A stretch of DNA of 64,000 nucleotides from Candidatus Thiopontia autotrophica. GTDB lineage: Bacteria > Pseudomonadota > Gammaproteobacteria > GCF-002020875. Location of the stretch: contig JACNFK010000020.1 of assembly GCA_014384675.1 (NCBI GenBank), forward strand, positions 3,954-67,953, read 5' to 3'. The translations under genes were made by a program, and so were the position numbers. The notes under the pieces were generated by a model. It made no database searches and was not told the origin of the DNA. It saw only the letters and a program-made list of their open reading frames with translations. This document shows positions 31,483-40,770 of this stretch, in pieces; positions within the stretch are counted from its first letter, which is position 1; each line of letters starts with the position of its first letter.

Positions 31483-31557
31483 GCTCTCTTCGTCTAGCGG
31501 TTAGGACGCTGGCCTCTCACGCCGGTAACAGGGGTTCGATTCCCCTAGGGAGTACCA
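31483..31557 (+). tRNA. tRNA-Glu-like, anticodon reads CUC
   Basis: GCTCTCTTCGTCTAGCGGTTAGGACGCTGGCCTCTCACGCCGGTAACAGGGGTTCGATTCCCCTAGGGAGTACCA. The D-loop, T-arm and overall sequence parallel E. coli tRNA-Glu (GTCCCCTTCGTCTAGAGGCCCAGGACACCGCCCTTTCACGGCGGTAACAGGGGTTCGAATCCCC...), but the anticodon loop is CUCUCAC, not CUUUCAC. Confidence 0.75.
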
Positions 31558-31566
31558 ACAACAAGG

Positions 31567-31617
31567 CCGATTCTTGTTCTATAGACCTGCTCTACAGAGA
31601 TAAGAATCGGTTTTTTA
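31567..31617 (+). terminator. rho-independent terminator after the tRNA
   Basis: 9-bp stem CCGATTCTT / AAGAATCGG with a structured loop, followed by TTTTTTA. Confidence 0.65.
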
Positions 31618-31654
31618 TGTTATATTCGTTTGTTTTCAATACATAAAATCCTGC

Positions 31655-32281
31655 ATGAGCGATACCCAAACAAAAGTCCATGTCACCATTAACGGCAAAC
31701 AGATCCATGTCTCCTCGACACTATCTGTAATCCAGGCACTGTGGAAAGCAGGATATCCCCGCGTCCAGGGGGTTGGCTGTCTCGAGGGTGTATGTGGATC
31801 CTGCCGGGTATTGGTGCGTCGCGCAGAAACTGACGAGATAAGCATGGAGATGGGGTGCCAGACCCTGGTTGAGGATGGTATGGAGGTAATGTTTCTGGTC
31901 TTTCCGTCACCATCCCAGCATAGCTACAGTCTGGAACAGATACAAAATTCATGGGAGGTCCAGACCGAGTTCCACAAGATTTTTCCTGAAGCACAACAGT
32001 GCCGCAATTGTCACGGTTGTACAACATCATGCCCCAAGGATATTGATGTTGAGAAGGGGGTTGAGCTTGCGGTAAAGGGGCGTTTTAAAGAGGCCGGAGA
32101 CCTGTTTATTGAGTGTGTTATGTGTGATCTCTGCATGACCGGATGTCCTGAACAGATTGCTCCAAACCATGTTGGCCTGTTTGCTCGACGTGTGACCGCA
32201 TACTTTCACTCTCGCCCCTCCAACCTGATTAATCGCCTTGAAAAGATCCGTACTGGCGCCCTACAGGTGATCAAGGAGTAA
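31655..32281 (+). CDS. succinate dehydrogenase / fumarate reductase iron-sulfur subunit-like protein (short, 208 aa)
   Basis: [2Fe-2S] motif CLEGVCGSC (cf. SdhB CREGVCGSD) plus two Cys clusters, CRNCHGCTTSCP and CVMCDLCMTGCP, in the positions of the SdhB [4Fe-4S]/[3Fe-4S] sites. Confidence 0.8.
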   Translation: MSDTQTKVHVTINGKQIHVSSTLSVIQALWKAGYPRVQGVGCLEGVCGSCRVLVRRAETDEISMEMGCQTLVEDGMEVMFLVFPSPSQHSYSLEQIQNSWEVQTEFHKIFPEAQQCRNCHGCTTSCPKDIDVEKGVELAVKGRFKEAGDLFIECVMCDLCMTGCPEQIAPNHVGLFARRVTAYFHSRPSNLINRLEKIRTGALQVIKE

Positions 32282-32283
32282 TT

Positions 32284-33921
32284 ATGGATAAGGTCAATAA
32301 CGAGGCAATATCCTATCAGAAGGCAGTCGCCAACTATCGCATCAAACAGGAGCGGCCTCTGCCAATACCTGAAATTGATAGTGAAAAACTGTTAAACAGT
32401 TTTCACCCAGACTATATCGAAGAGTGCCTAACTACACTAAAGGTTGGAGCCAACAAGGGAGACCCTTGCCACAAACAGCTTGCCGATACACTGCAGTCAG
32501 ACTCAAGAATCAGTGAAGCTGATTTGGCAGGAGCCGCGACTGTAGAGACAGATGTACTGGTTATTGGTGGTGGTGGTGCAGGATGTGCTGCCGCACTGAT
32601 TGCACAACAACAGGGGGCCAGAGTAATCCTGGCTACAAAACTGCGTCTTGGGGATAGCAACACAGTAATGGCAGAGGGCGGTATTCAAGCCTCCATCAAC
32701 AAGGATGATTCGCCCCAATTCCACTATAACGACACCATGAGTGCCGGCCATCAGAAATCTGATCCTGACCTTGTATCTCAACTGGTGCTGGATGGACCTG
32801 ATGTTATTCGCTGGCTTATCCAGCAGGGCATGCAGTTTGATCTGGATGAGTTTGGTGACCTGCTTACCAGGCGTGCTGGTGGTACCTCAGCGGAACGCAT
32901 ATGTTTCTATCGTGACTACACTGGCCTGGAGATGATGCGAGTACTACGTGAATCTGTCCATAACAGCAACATTGATGTGTGGGACTACAGTCCAACAGTG
33001 GAGCTACTAGGGGATGATCAGGGTGGCTGCTCTGGAGCTGTTATCTCTTCACTGAAAAATCGAAAATATATCCAGATAAGCGCAAAGGCAGTTATTGTCG
33101 CAACTGGCGGCATTGGAAGAATGCACCTTAATGGTTTTCCAACATCAAACCATTTCGGTGCAACTGGTGATGGCCTGGTACTCTCCTATCGCATGGGAGC
33201 GCAACTGCGTGATCTTGACTCTTTTCAGTACCATCCAACTGGTCTTGCATACCCCTTCCACCTTGCAGGCAGCCTTATAACTGAAGGAGTTCGCTCCTGT
33301 GGAACCTATCTGTTAAACGGGAATGGAGAACGCTTTGTTGATGAGCTCTCCGCTCGAGATATTGTTGCTGCCGCCGTTATTCGTGAATGTCGTGAAGGTC
33401 GAGGCATAATTACAGAGGATGGCCATCAGGGAATCTGGCTGGACACCCCAGGGCTGGAGGCCAGGCAACCCGGGGTTCTGCAGAAGAGGTTTCCCAAGCT
33501 AATGCACCTGGGAGAGAAAGCCGAAATCAACCCGGCTGAAACACCACTACTTATATACCCTACCCTCCACTATCAGAACGGTGGTGTAGTAATTAATGAA
33601 GATTGTGAAACCTCAGTGCCAGGACTCTTCTCTACTGGTGAGGTAACCGGTGGAATTCACGGAAGAAATCGTCTTATGGGAAATGCTCTTCTTGAGATTA
33701 TCAGCTTTGGGCGTAAGGCAGGAGCTGCCGCCGCCAAAAAAAGAAAAGACAAACGCAGCAGTCAACTATCTATTGAGCACCTAAATACACTCCGTAGAGA
33801 GCTGACCAACGCAGAACTCTCTATGGATCTACAGGGACCAATACTCTTTCCTGAATATGCAAAATTTGATCTGGACTCAGATTATGTTGGTCTGCACCGT
33901 AACCGAAGGCAGAGCTCATGA
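32284..33921 (+). CDS. FAD-dependent fumarate reductase / L-aspartate oxidase-family flavoprotein with ~85-aa N-terminal extension
   Basis: GxGxxG VLVIGGGGAGCAAALIA, then MAEGGIQA (no His for covalent FAD, as in NadB and soluble FRDs), HPTGLAYPFHLAGSLITEGVRSCGTYLLNGNGERFVDELSARDIVAAAV (close to E. coli NadB FHPTALYHP...LTEALRGEGAYL...RDIVARAI), and GNALLEIISFGRKAG. Stop overlaps the next start (ATGA). Confidence 0.8.
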   Translation: MDKVNNEAISYQKAVANYRIKQERPLPIPEIDSEKLLNSFHPDYIEECLTTLKVGANKGDPCHKQLADTLQSDSRISEADLAGAATVETDVLVIGGGGAGCAAALIAQQQGARVILATKLRLGDSNTVMAEGGIQASINKDDSPQFHYNDTMSAGHQKSDPDLVSQLVLDGPDVIRWLIQQGMQFDLDEFGDLLTRRAGGTSAERICFYRDYTGLEMMRVLRESVHNSNIDVWDYSPTVELLGDDQGGCSGAVISSLKNRKYIQISAKAVIVATGGIGRMHLNGFPTSNHFGATGDGLVLSYRMGAQLRDLDSFQYHPTGLAYPFHLAGSLITEGVRSCGTYLLNGNGERFVDELSARDIVAAAVIRECREGRGIITEDGHQGIWLDTPGLEARQPGVLQKRFPKLMHLGEKAEINPAETPLLIYPTLHYQNGGVVINEDCETSVPGLFSTGEVTGGIHGRNRLMGNALLEIISFGRKAGAAAAKKRKDKRSSQLSIEHLNTLRRELTNAELSMDLQGPILFPEYAKFDLDSDYVGLHRNRRQSS

Positions 33922-35177
33922 GTGACTTATCAAAACTGAATCAGGTACTACTTCATCCTGATCGTCGCTTCGGTGCTGATCTCGATACCTGGCTGGTTGA
34001 TATTGGTGGTGACGGTCTGGAGAAAGCAATACTGAATCCGGAACATATTCTACCAACCATTCGTGAAGCAAAGTTACTGGGGCTCGGTGGTAGCGGGTTC
34101 CCAACCCATATCAAGTGGGAATTTGTAGCGAATGAACCGAGTGACCAGGACAAATATCTCATCTGTAACGGAAATGAAGATGAGCCGGGAACATTCAAAG
34201 ACCGAATCCTGCTTCAGGAGACCCCTCATCAGGTTATTGAAGGGGCAATTATTACCGCACTGGCCACTGGCACAAACCAGATTGTCTTCTATATAAATCC
34301 TGAACAGGAAGGTTCGCTTGAGGCGATGAAAGAGGCCACAAACCAGTGGAGTGAAACCGACTATGTAAACCAGGTCTCCAACATCCTTGGACGCCCTCTT
34401 GAGTTTTATATTGTTGCCAGCTCTGGTCACTATATTGGTGGTGAAGAGACTGCGGCAATTGAGTCTATTGAGGGCAAATTTCCATTTCCACGTGGCAAGC
34501 CACCATATCCTGCTAAAGCAGGACTATTTGGACTCCCTACACTGATTAATAATGTAGAGACCATGGCCAACGTCTCTCATATTATTCGCAATGGTGCAGA
34601 GTGGTTTATAAACCAGGGAGAGGGAGACTCGCACGGCACAAAGATCTTCTCCCTGAGTGGTGATGTACTACGTCCCGGAGCTTATGAACTCCCGATGGGT
34701 ACTCCCCTGTCTGACCTGATCCATATCCATGGTGGAGGCATGTTGCTGGACAGAAAACTCAAGGCAGTCTTTACCGGTGGCCCCTCCAACACAATCTTGA
34801 CACCAAAGGATCTGGATGTCCCGCTGGACTTTGACTCGGTGCAGGAGAGACGATCCAGCCTGGGTACAGGGGCAATGATCGTAATCTCAGAGGGGACAGG
34901 AGTTGTACGCCGGGTGACAGAATATGTCTCGTTCTTTGCAAACTCATCCTGTGGGCAGTGTCCTTCATGCAAAACAGGAACATTTTATGCGTCTCAACTG
35001 CTCTCGCGAATTGACAGCGGAAATGGAACCCGTGCCGATCTTGACACATTGATTAATCTAACCCGCATCCTCCCGGGAAGTGGCCGTTGCCATCTTTTGG
35101 ACGGGGCAATAAAACTGCTTGATAGCTCTCTCTACCATTTTATGGATGAATATGAGCAACCACTGAGACACAGCTAA
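33918..35177 (+). CDS. NuoF / 51-kDa-like NADH-binding FMN iron-sulfur flavoprotein
   Basis: GLGGSGFPTHIKWEF (NuoF GRGGAGFPTGLKW), YLICNGNEDEPGTFKDRILLQETPHQVIEGAIITALATG (NuoF [28 protein letters not shown]), GGEETAAIESIEGK, and [4Fe-4S] SCGQCPSCKTG (NuoF SCGQCTPCREG). Confidence 0.8.
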   Translation: MSDLSKLNQVLLHPDRRFGADLDTWLVDIGGDGLEKAILNPEHILPTIREAKLLGLGGSGFPTHIKWEFVANEPSDQDKYLICNGNEDEPGTFKDRILLQETPHQVIEGAIITALATGTNQIVFYINPEQEGSLEAMKEATNQWSETDYVNQVSNILGRPLEFYIVASSGHYIGGEETAAIESIEGKFPFPRGKPPYPAKAGLFGLPTLINNVETMANVSHIIRNGAEWFINQGEGDSHGTKIFSLSGDVLRPGAYELPMGTPLSDLIHIHGGGMLLDRKLKAVFTGGPSNTILTPKDLDVPLDFDSVQERRSSLGTGAMIVISEGTGVVRRVTEYVSFFANSSCGQCPSCKTGTFYASQLLSRIDSGNGTRADLDTLINLTRILPGSGRCHLLDGAIKLLDSSLYHFMDEYEQPLRHS

Positions 35178-35371
35178 ACAAACCTAAACTTCGGCGAAAT
35201 CTAGGTAAAAAACCGGTAATCGTCGGTTATTTTCTCCAAAAACCACAATACACACATAGCTTATATAGTCATTTCAGCTTGATTCCACACCCTGTTTCAT
35301 GAGATGATTAGCGGCTATTGCCACCGACCTGTCAAGGTCAACAAAAGAAAAAGCTCTGCGAGGAAATCGTT

Positions 35372-37259
35372 CGTGCAACCAACTAGCATCAAAGAAAATA
35401 TTGTAGAAATTGTAAGCGACTCTGGAGAAGGAGCCCAAAAATGTGGGCAGACCTTCGGAAATATAAGTGCCAAAATGAACAATGGAGTCTGGACGGTAGA
35501 AATTATCCCTGCCGAGATCCAGCCACCTGCGCGCACCCCATCTGGAGCCAGTGGTATTCGTATCCGCTTTGGCTCTAAATATATGACCAATGTCGGCAAT
35601 GAGGGTGACCTGGTTGTCGCCTTCAATGAACAGGTTCTCTACTCCAGAATAGCCAATGGTGCCTACAAAAAAGGCACTATTGTTCTGTTGGATAATCGCT
35701 GGGAAAGTGATGCTTCCACAGAAATTCAGGAGATGTATAGAAAGGCCGTTGTCGAATTCCGTGAGCATGGGCTGGTTGTCCATGAGCTACCGATCCACGA
35801 GGCCTGTCTGGAGGTAGTCAAAGACCCCCGCAAAGGGAAAAACATGTTTGTCCTCGGCATGCTCTGCCGAATCTATAACCGCGACAAAGAGATGAGCCGA
35901 AACGAGATTGCCATCACCTTTGCCGGCAAGAAAAACGCGATCATCACCAGCAATCAAAACCTGTTTGATGCTGGTTACGCCTTTGCAGAGAAGCATGTTG
36001 GCGACTATTTCTTTGATATTCCTCCAGCAGAAGAGATGGGCAGTCAGAAAATGGTTGTCACTAACGGGAATACTGCAATTGGTTTGGGGGTGATGGCCTC
36101 TGGAATGGAGTTAGTCTCCATGTACCCCATTACTCCGGCAACCTCTGCCTCACACTATCTGGCAGATGTTTACCCGGCAGCTGGAGGCTTCGTTCATCAG
36201 GCAGAGGATGAGATTGCGGCAATAGCATTTGCAATTGGTGCCTCCTACGCTGGCAAAACAGCCTGCACAATTACCTCAGGTCCAGGTATGGCACTGAAGA
36301 CCGAGAACATTGCTCTGGCAGTAATGGCAGAGATCCCGCTGGTGATTGTAGATGTTCAGCGTGGCGGGCCATCTACTGGTCTCCCCACCAAAATTGAGCA
36401 GGGAGACCTCCTCTCATCCCTTTATGGCATGCCTGGAGATGCGCCCAAGATTATACTTGCTGCCGCCACCATTGCTGAGTGTTTTAGTATGGTAGTGCTG
36501 GCCCGCAAACTGGCTGAAACCTTCCGCACCCCAGTAATCGTCTTGACAGATGCAAATCTGGCAACCGGGGTACAGCCTTGGGTACGTCCGGAATTGAGCC
36601 GTGACATGCTGGCACCACCACTGGATCAATCAGAATGGAACCCGGATGTTCCAGCCTATGACTGGGATGAAAAAACCGGGCTCTCACAACGCCCAATCCC
36701 GGGAATGCCCAGGGGTGAATATGTACTGACAGGCCTCTCTCACACCAAACAGAGCAAGGTATCCTATGAGTCGACCGAGAACCAGCACAGCACAAGCATG
36801 CGTAGTCGCAAACTGGCCACCTTGCAAAGCACCCTGACTCCTCCAGAAATACACGGTGACGAGAGTGGAGACCTGTTAGTTGTTGGCTGGGGTTCTACCT
36901 ATGGCGCAATCAACGAGGCAATTGATAATCTTCGTGAAAAAGGGAGCAAGGTCTCCTCAATACACCTACGATTCCTCTCTCCATTGGAGCCTGGACTAAA
37001 AGAGATTTTCTCTAGATTCAAAAAGGTAATTACGGTAGAGGTCAACTACAGTGACGACCCCAAGGCACCGATGATTACCGATGAGAACCGTCGCTACGCA
37101 CAGCTGGCTAGCATACTACGTATTCAGACTCTGGTTGATGTGGACTGCTGGTCAGTGGTCTATGGACACCCCCTGCAACCGGAACTTATTGAGAACGCCA
37201 TTCAGGAACGGTTGGATCAGGTTACTGACAACCGATCCTCACAGGACAAAGGAGAATAA
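35372..37259 (+). CDS. korA: 2-oxoglutarate:ferredoxin oxidoreductase subunit alpha, two-subunit type
   Basis: GTG start with GAGG 8 nt upstream gives MQPTSIKENIVEIVSDSGEGAQKCGQTFGNISAKMNNGVWTVEIIPAEIQPPARTP. This matches the conserved KorA N-terminus of two-subunit OFORs (SGDSGDG..QLTG....A..GND..T.PDFPAEIRAP). The track start at 35304 adds an implausible leader. Followed 2 nt later by korB. Confidence 0.85.
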
Positions 37260-37261
37260 CG

Positions 37262-38224
37262 ATGTTTGGAATCAAGGCAGATTGGTCCCTCGATATTCAG
37301 GAGCGTTACTTCACCCTGGATGATTATGAAGGAAATGAGGCACGCTGGTGCTCCGGATGTGGTGACCATGCAGTACTGGCAACAGCTCATCGCATCCTGC
37401 GTGATGCTCAGCTACCACCGGAAAAATCAGTTTTTGTCTCCGGAATCGGCTGCTCAAGCCGGATGCCACACTATATGGCAACTTATGGACTCCATGGGCT
37501 CCATGGTCGCGCCCTCCCTCTGGCCTGCGGGGTAAAATCTCGACGCCCAGATCTTGATGTATGGGTAGCTACCGGAGATGGTGACTGTTTCTCTATTGGT
37601 ACAGCTCACTGGATTCATGCCGTGCGTTATAACATGGATATGACAGTGCTTGTCTTTGACAACCAGATCTATGGATTGACCAAAAAGCAGACCTCTCCAA
37701 CCACCCCAATCGAGTTCAAGACCAGCACTCATCCGCAGGGAGCATCTCTGGATATGCTCAACCCCAATACAGTTACTCTGGGAATCACCAACGCATCATT
37801 TGTTGCGCAGGTTGTGGACTGGAACCCTCCCCTGCTGCACGAGACTCTGAAGGCGGCACACAAACACAAGGGGACAAGTTTTGTCAGAATCATTCAGCGT
37901 TGCCCGGTCTTTGTAGACTCCATTACCAAGGAGCTTCAGGAGGATGCCTCCAGACTGCGTCTACTGACCCATGAAAACGGGATCCCCGTCGCCAAGGGAA
38001 TTGAAAAGCTCTTTCCTGAAACCATGGAACATGACCCTGCAGATATGGCTGAAGCTCTTCAAATTGCACGTGACGAGACCGAGAAGGGAATCATTCCTGT
38101 TGGTCTCCTCTATCAGAATAGTAACATCCCTTGCTACAGTGACCTCTCTAGCGTCGGCCACGATGCTACGGATGAAATAAAGATTGCTGCAACCAATGAC
38201 GCCCTGGATGCGTTTGCGATCTAA
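37262..38224 (+). CDS. korB: 2-oxoglutarate:ferredoxin oxidoreductase subunit beta, TPP-binding
   Basis: N-terminal Cys cluster WCSGCGDH ... GIGCSS for the [4Fe-4S]. Canonical TPP motif GDGDCFSIG...(x27)...VFDNQIYGLT. Confidence 0.88.
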   Translation: MFGIKADWSLDIQERYFTLDDYEGNEARWCSGCGDHAVLATAHRILRDAQLPPEKSVFVSGIGCSSRMPHYMATYGLHGLHGRALPLACGVKSRRPDLDVWVATGDGDCFSIGTAHWIHAVRYNMDMTVLVFDNQIYGLTKKQTSPTTPIEFKTSTHPQGASLDMLNPNTVTLGITNASFVAQVVDWNPPLLHETLKAAHKHKGTSFVRIIQRCPVFVDSITKELQEDASRLRLLTHENGIPVAKGIEKLFPETMEHDPADMAEALQIARDETEKGIIPVGLLYQNSNIPCYSDLSSVGHDATDEIKIAATNDALDAFAI

Positions 38225-38242
38225 AGAGGAATATTCAACCCA

Positions 38243-40762
38243 ATGAGTAGTGCACATTCACTTCCCATACTGAACTCTACGCAATCAGAGCCAGAATCAG
38301 AGACCAAAACTCTAAGGACTCTTCACCACTTTCACCTTGGAGACCCTAGTGTAGAACGTGAGACCAGACAGATTGGCAGTGATTATCTTCCTGCACTGCT
38401 TGGTCCATTTCGTGATGTCTCAAAGATTAGTTATGACTATCCATTGGTTCTCTTCTCCAGAGAGTCCCGCCAGAGCAGTCAATATGCACTACCTCTCTCC
38501 ACATTTCTCCAGGAGTCTGTAGCAGAATTTGCCCCCGGCGAGAATGGTGCACGAATACTTAAAGATAACCTGGGTTGGCTGGAACATGCAATTCGAGGTG
38601 AGCTGGAAGGGCATGATGGGCCACTCCAGCTCTTCCCGGCAGTAAACCGTTCTGTTGAAGCACTGTTACAGCACCTCTCTCTATCTGGTGACAACCAGAA
38701 GGCGGTCGAGAATGATCTTGAGCAACTTAAGGGTTTCTTCAGTGAAGCGGATCAACTCCTCCCATACGATCGCTATACCGCAATTCATCTAATGATTCAT
38801 CTGGTCCATGGACGCTCTGAAGAGCGCTGGGACCAGTTTGAGATTGAGCTCCAGGATTTACGCCGCCAACTCAATCAGATTCTTGATATCGAGCAGCGCA
38901 AATCAGGTGAAGCAATGGGCGCCTCTGCACTACAGAAAAGTGTTGGCAGCAATGCCAATCGCTTTAATTCCGAGGCCCTCTCTTCAGTGCTTCCCCAGAA
39001 TAGTGGCACAGTCACCATGTCTGAGGCGCGCAAGGATAGAATCACTCATGCAGCAGAGATCATAAACCAGTTCCAGCGAGATCCTGTTCAGGTACGCTTT
39101 ATCCATACTGGCGACTTCTCTGGTCCATGGGCTGATCATCCCAACCACTTTGAGACTACAGTTGATGCAGACCCTTGTCACAAGGCGACATCCATATTCG
39201 ACAGTGAGGCAAATGAGCTTGCCGAGCTCTTTACTGCATGCAGAATTGCCCGCCTGGAGATTGACAACAGTTATGATGCAACTGTTCATGACCCCTGGTT
39301 TGCCAACTTTAACTGGGAGGCTTTTTCAAAGGAGGAACTCTTACTTGTTCCAGCAACGGTTGCTTTAGAGCCGGCAAATCGATTGGCCCGTGAGGGGCTT
39401 AGCTCCTTCTCTCAGCTACTGGGCTCCGGACGACCCATTCAGATCCTGACTCGAGTCAAGGGTCATAGTAATCCTGCTGCTAGTGAAGAAGAGTCCCCAT
39501 TCCATGATTTCCGTCTGGAACTAGGGTATATAGCAACAGCACATCGTCAATGCTACGTGGCCCAAACCTCTGCTGCTCGCTATCAACATTTGATGAGCAG
39601 CTTCCTGGAGGCAACCGAGATTCCCCACACTGGAGTCCACCTGATTAATACCGGGGTTCAGATTACCAGTAATCTGCAGGAAGATGATCCTCACATGATC
39701 GATCCATCAATCCAGAAGAGCAGAAAACAGTTCCTGATGGATCCATGGATGGTGGCCAGTGCTGCCCTGGAGGGGCGTGTTCACCCCTTCTTCCGGATGA
39801 ATCCAGAACTGGGGGATACCTTTGCCGAGCGGATGAATTTTAGTGTCAATCCGCAGCCTGAAAAGGATTGGGCCATCCATCCGTTCAGCTATCAAAATGA
39901 GAATGGTGAGGTGACTCATACGGAATTCGCCTTCACCTTTGCCGACTATGCACTGCTGGTACCTAAACTCAGAAACCATTTTCGCCTTATTCCTGGTAAT
40001 TTTGAGTCCGAGGCTCTAACTCCAATTGCTGAGTATCTGCAACAATCCGAGGAAAACAGCTTCTCTCTAGTACCATTCGTCTGGACTATCAACAAGGATA
40101 ACCTGCTCCACAGAGCTGTTGTATCCCGAGAACTGGTGCTTGCGTGCAAGGATAGGCTCAACTACTGGCATACCCTGCAGGAGCTCTCTGGAGTACGTAA
40201 TCCACACGCAGACCAGGCTGTCAATGAGGCTAACCTGTTGATGGAGGCAAAACAGAACAGCATTATCAGTGAGCTTCAGCAGAGTCACGCCGAGGAGATT
40301 AGTCAACTACAGGCCGATGCAACAGCAACGGTGATGAGTAAACTGGCTAAGGTGCTGATGGGAATGAACCTCGAACAGAATATCGTTGCCGGCGCTGGAT
40401 CTACTGCAACTACTGCAACTACTACAGAGACAGAAGAGCAAGACTCCGAACCAACCGAGGAGGCTGTCGAAGAGATGGCTTCAGAGGAGGAGCCTGTTAT
40501 CGAGATCTCTGAAGACCCATGGATCGAATCCATTCTCTGCACAACATGCAATGATTGCACCAATATGAATCCACAAATGTTTGTCTACAACGATGATAAA
40601 CAGGCATACATAGCTGACCCCAATGCTGGAACCTATGCGGAACTGGTTGAAGCGGCAGAAATATGTCCATCCCGCTGTATCCACCCTGGAATGCCACTCA
40701 ATAGCAGTGAACCTGATCTGGATGAGCTGATCGAGAGAGCAGCCCCATTCAACCAGGGATAG
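38243..40762 (+). CDS. 839-aa protein of unknown function with a C-terminal single-[4Fe-4S] ferredoxin domain
   Basis: AAGAGGAA RBS. I recognise no motifs in the first ~750 aa (no Rossmann or P-loop, and no citrate synthase, aconitase or IDH signatures). The last ~80 aa, CTTCNDCTNMNPQMFVYNDDKQAYIADPNAGTYAELVEAAEICPSRCIHPG, fit the Pyrococcus-type single-cluster ferredoxin pattern CxxCxxC...(x~30)...CP. A Thr/Glu-rich acidic linker precedes it. Confidence 0.7.
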   Translation: MSSAHSLPILNSTQSEPESETKTLRTLHHFHLGDPSVERETRQIGSDYLPALLGPFRDVSKISYDYPLVLFSRESRQSSQYALPLSTFLQESVAEFAPGENGARILKDNLGWLEHAIRGELEGHDGPLQLFPAVNRSVEALLQHLSLSGDNQKAVENDLEQLKGFFSEADQLLPYDRYTAIHLMIHLVHGRSEERWDQFEIELQDLRRQLNQILDIEQRKSGEAMGASALQKSVGSNANRFNSEALSSVLPQNSGTVTMSEARKDRITHAAEIINQFQRDPVQVRFIHTGDFSGPWADHPNHFETTVDADPCHKATSIFDSEANELAELFTACRIARLEIDNSYDATVHDPWFANFNWEAFSKEELLLVPATVALEPANRLAREGLSSFSQLLGSGRPIQILTRVKGHSNPAASEEESPFHDFRLELGYIATAHRQCYVAQTSAARYQHLMSSFLEATEIPHTGVHLINTGVQITSNLQEDDPHMIDPSIQKSRKQFLMDPWMVASAALEGRVHPFFRMNPELGDTFAERMNFSVNPQPEKDWAIHPFSYQNENGEVTHTEFAFTFADYALLVPKLRNHFRLIPGNFESEALTPIAEYLQQSEENSFSLVPFVWTINKDNLLHRAVVSRELVLACKDRLNYWHTLQELSGVRNPHADQAVNEANLLMEAKQNSIISELQQSHAEEISQLQADATATVMSKLAKVLMGMNLEQNIVAGAGSTATTATTTETEEQDSEPTEEAVEEMASEEEPVIEISEDPWIESILCTTCNDCTNMNPQMFVYNDDKQAYIADPNAGTYAELVEAAEICPSRCIHPGMPLNSSEPDLDELIERAAPFNQG

Positions 40763-40770
40763 GAGCAGCC

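Noticed and set aside
35274-35783. 169-aa - strand ORF
   Set aside because: Antisense to the 5' region of korA, whose conserved KorA N-terminus is on the + strand.
38243-40762. 839-aa protein as ATP-citrate lyase, citrate synthase, aconitase or monomeric IDH (the missing rTCA steps)
   Set aside because: I could not find a CoA-ligase P-loop or phospho-His loop, citrate-synthase His/Asp motifs, aconitase Cys triad or IDH signatures. It is kept as unknown rather than assigned.
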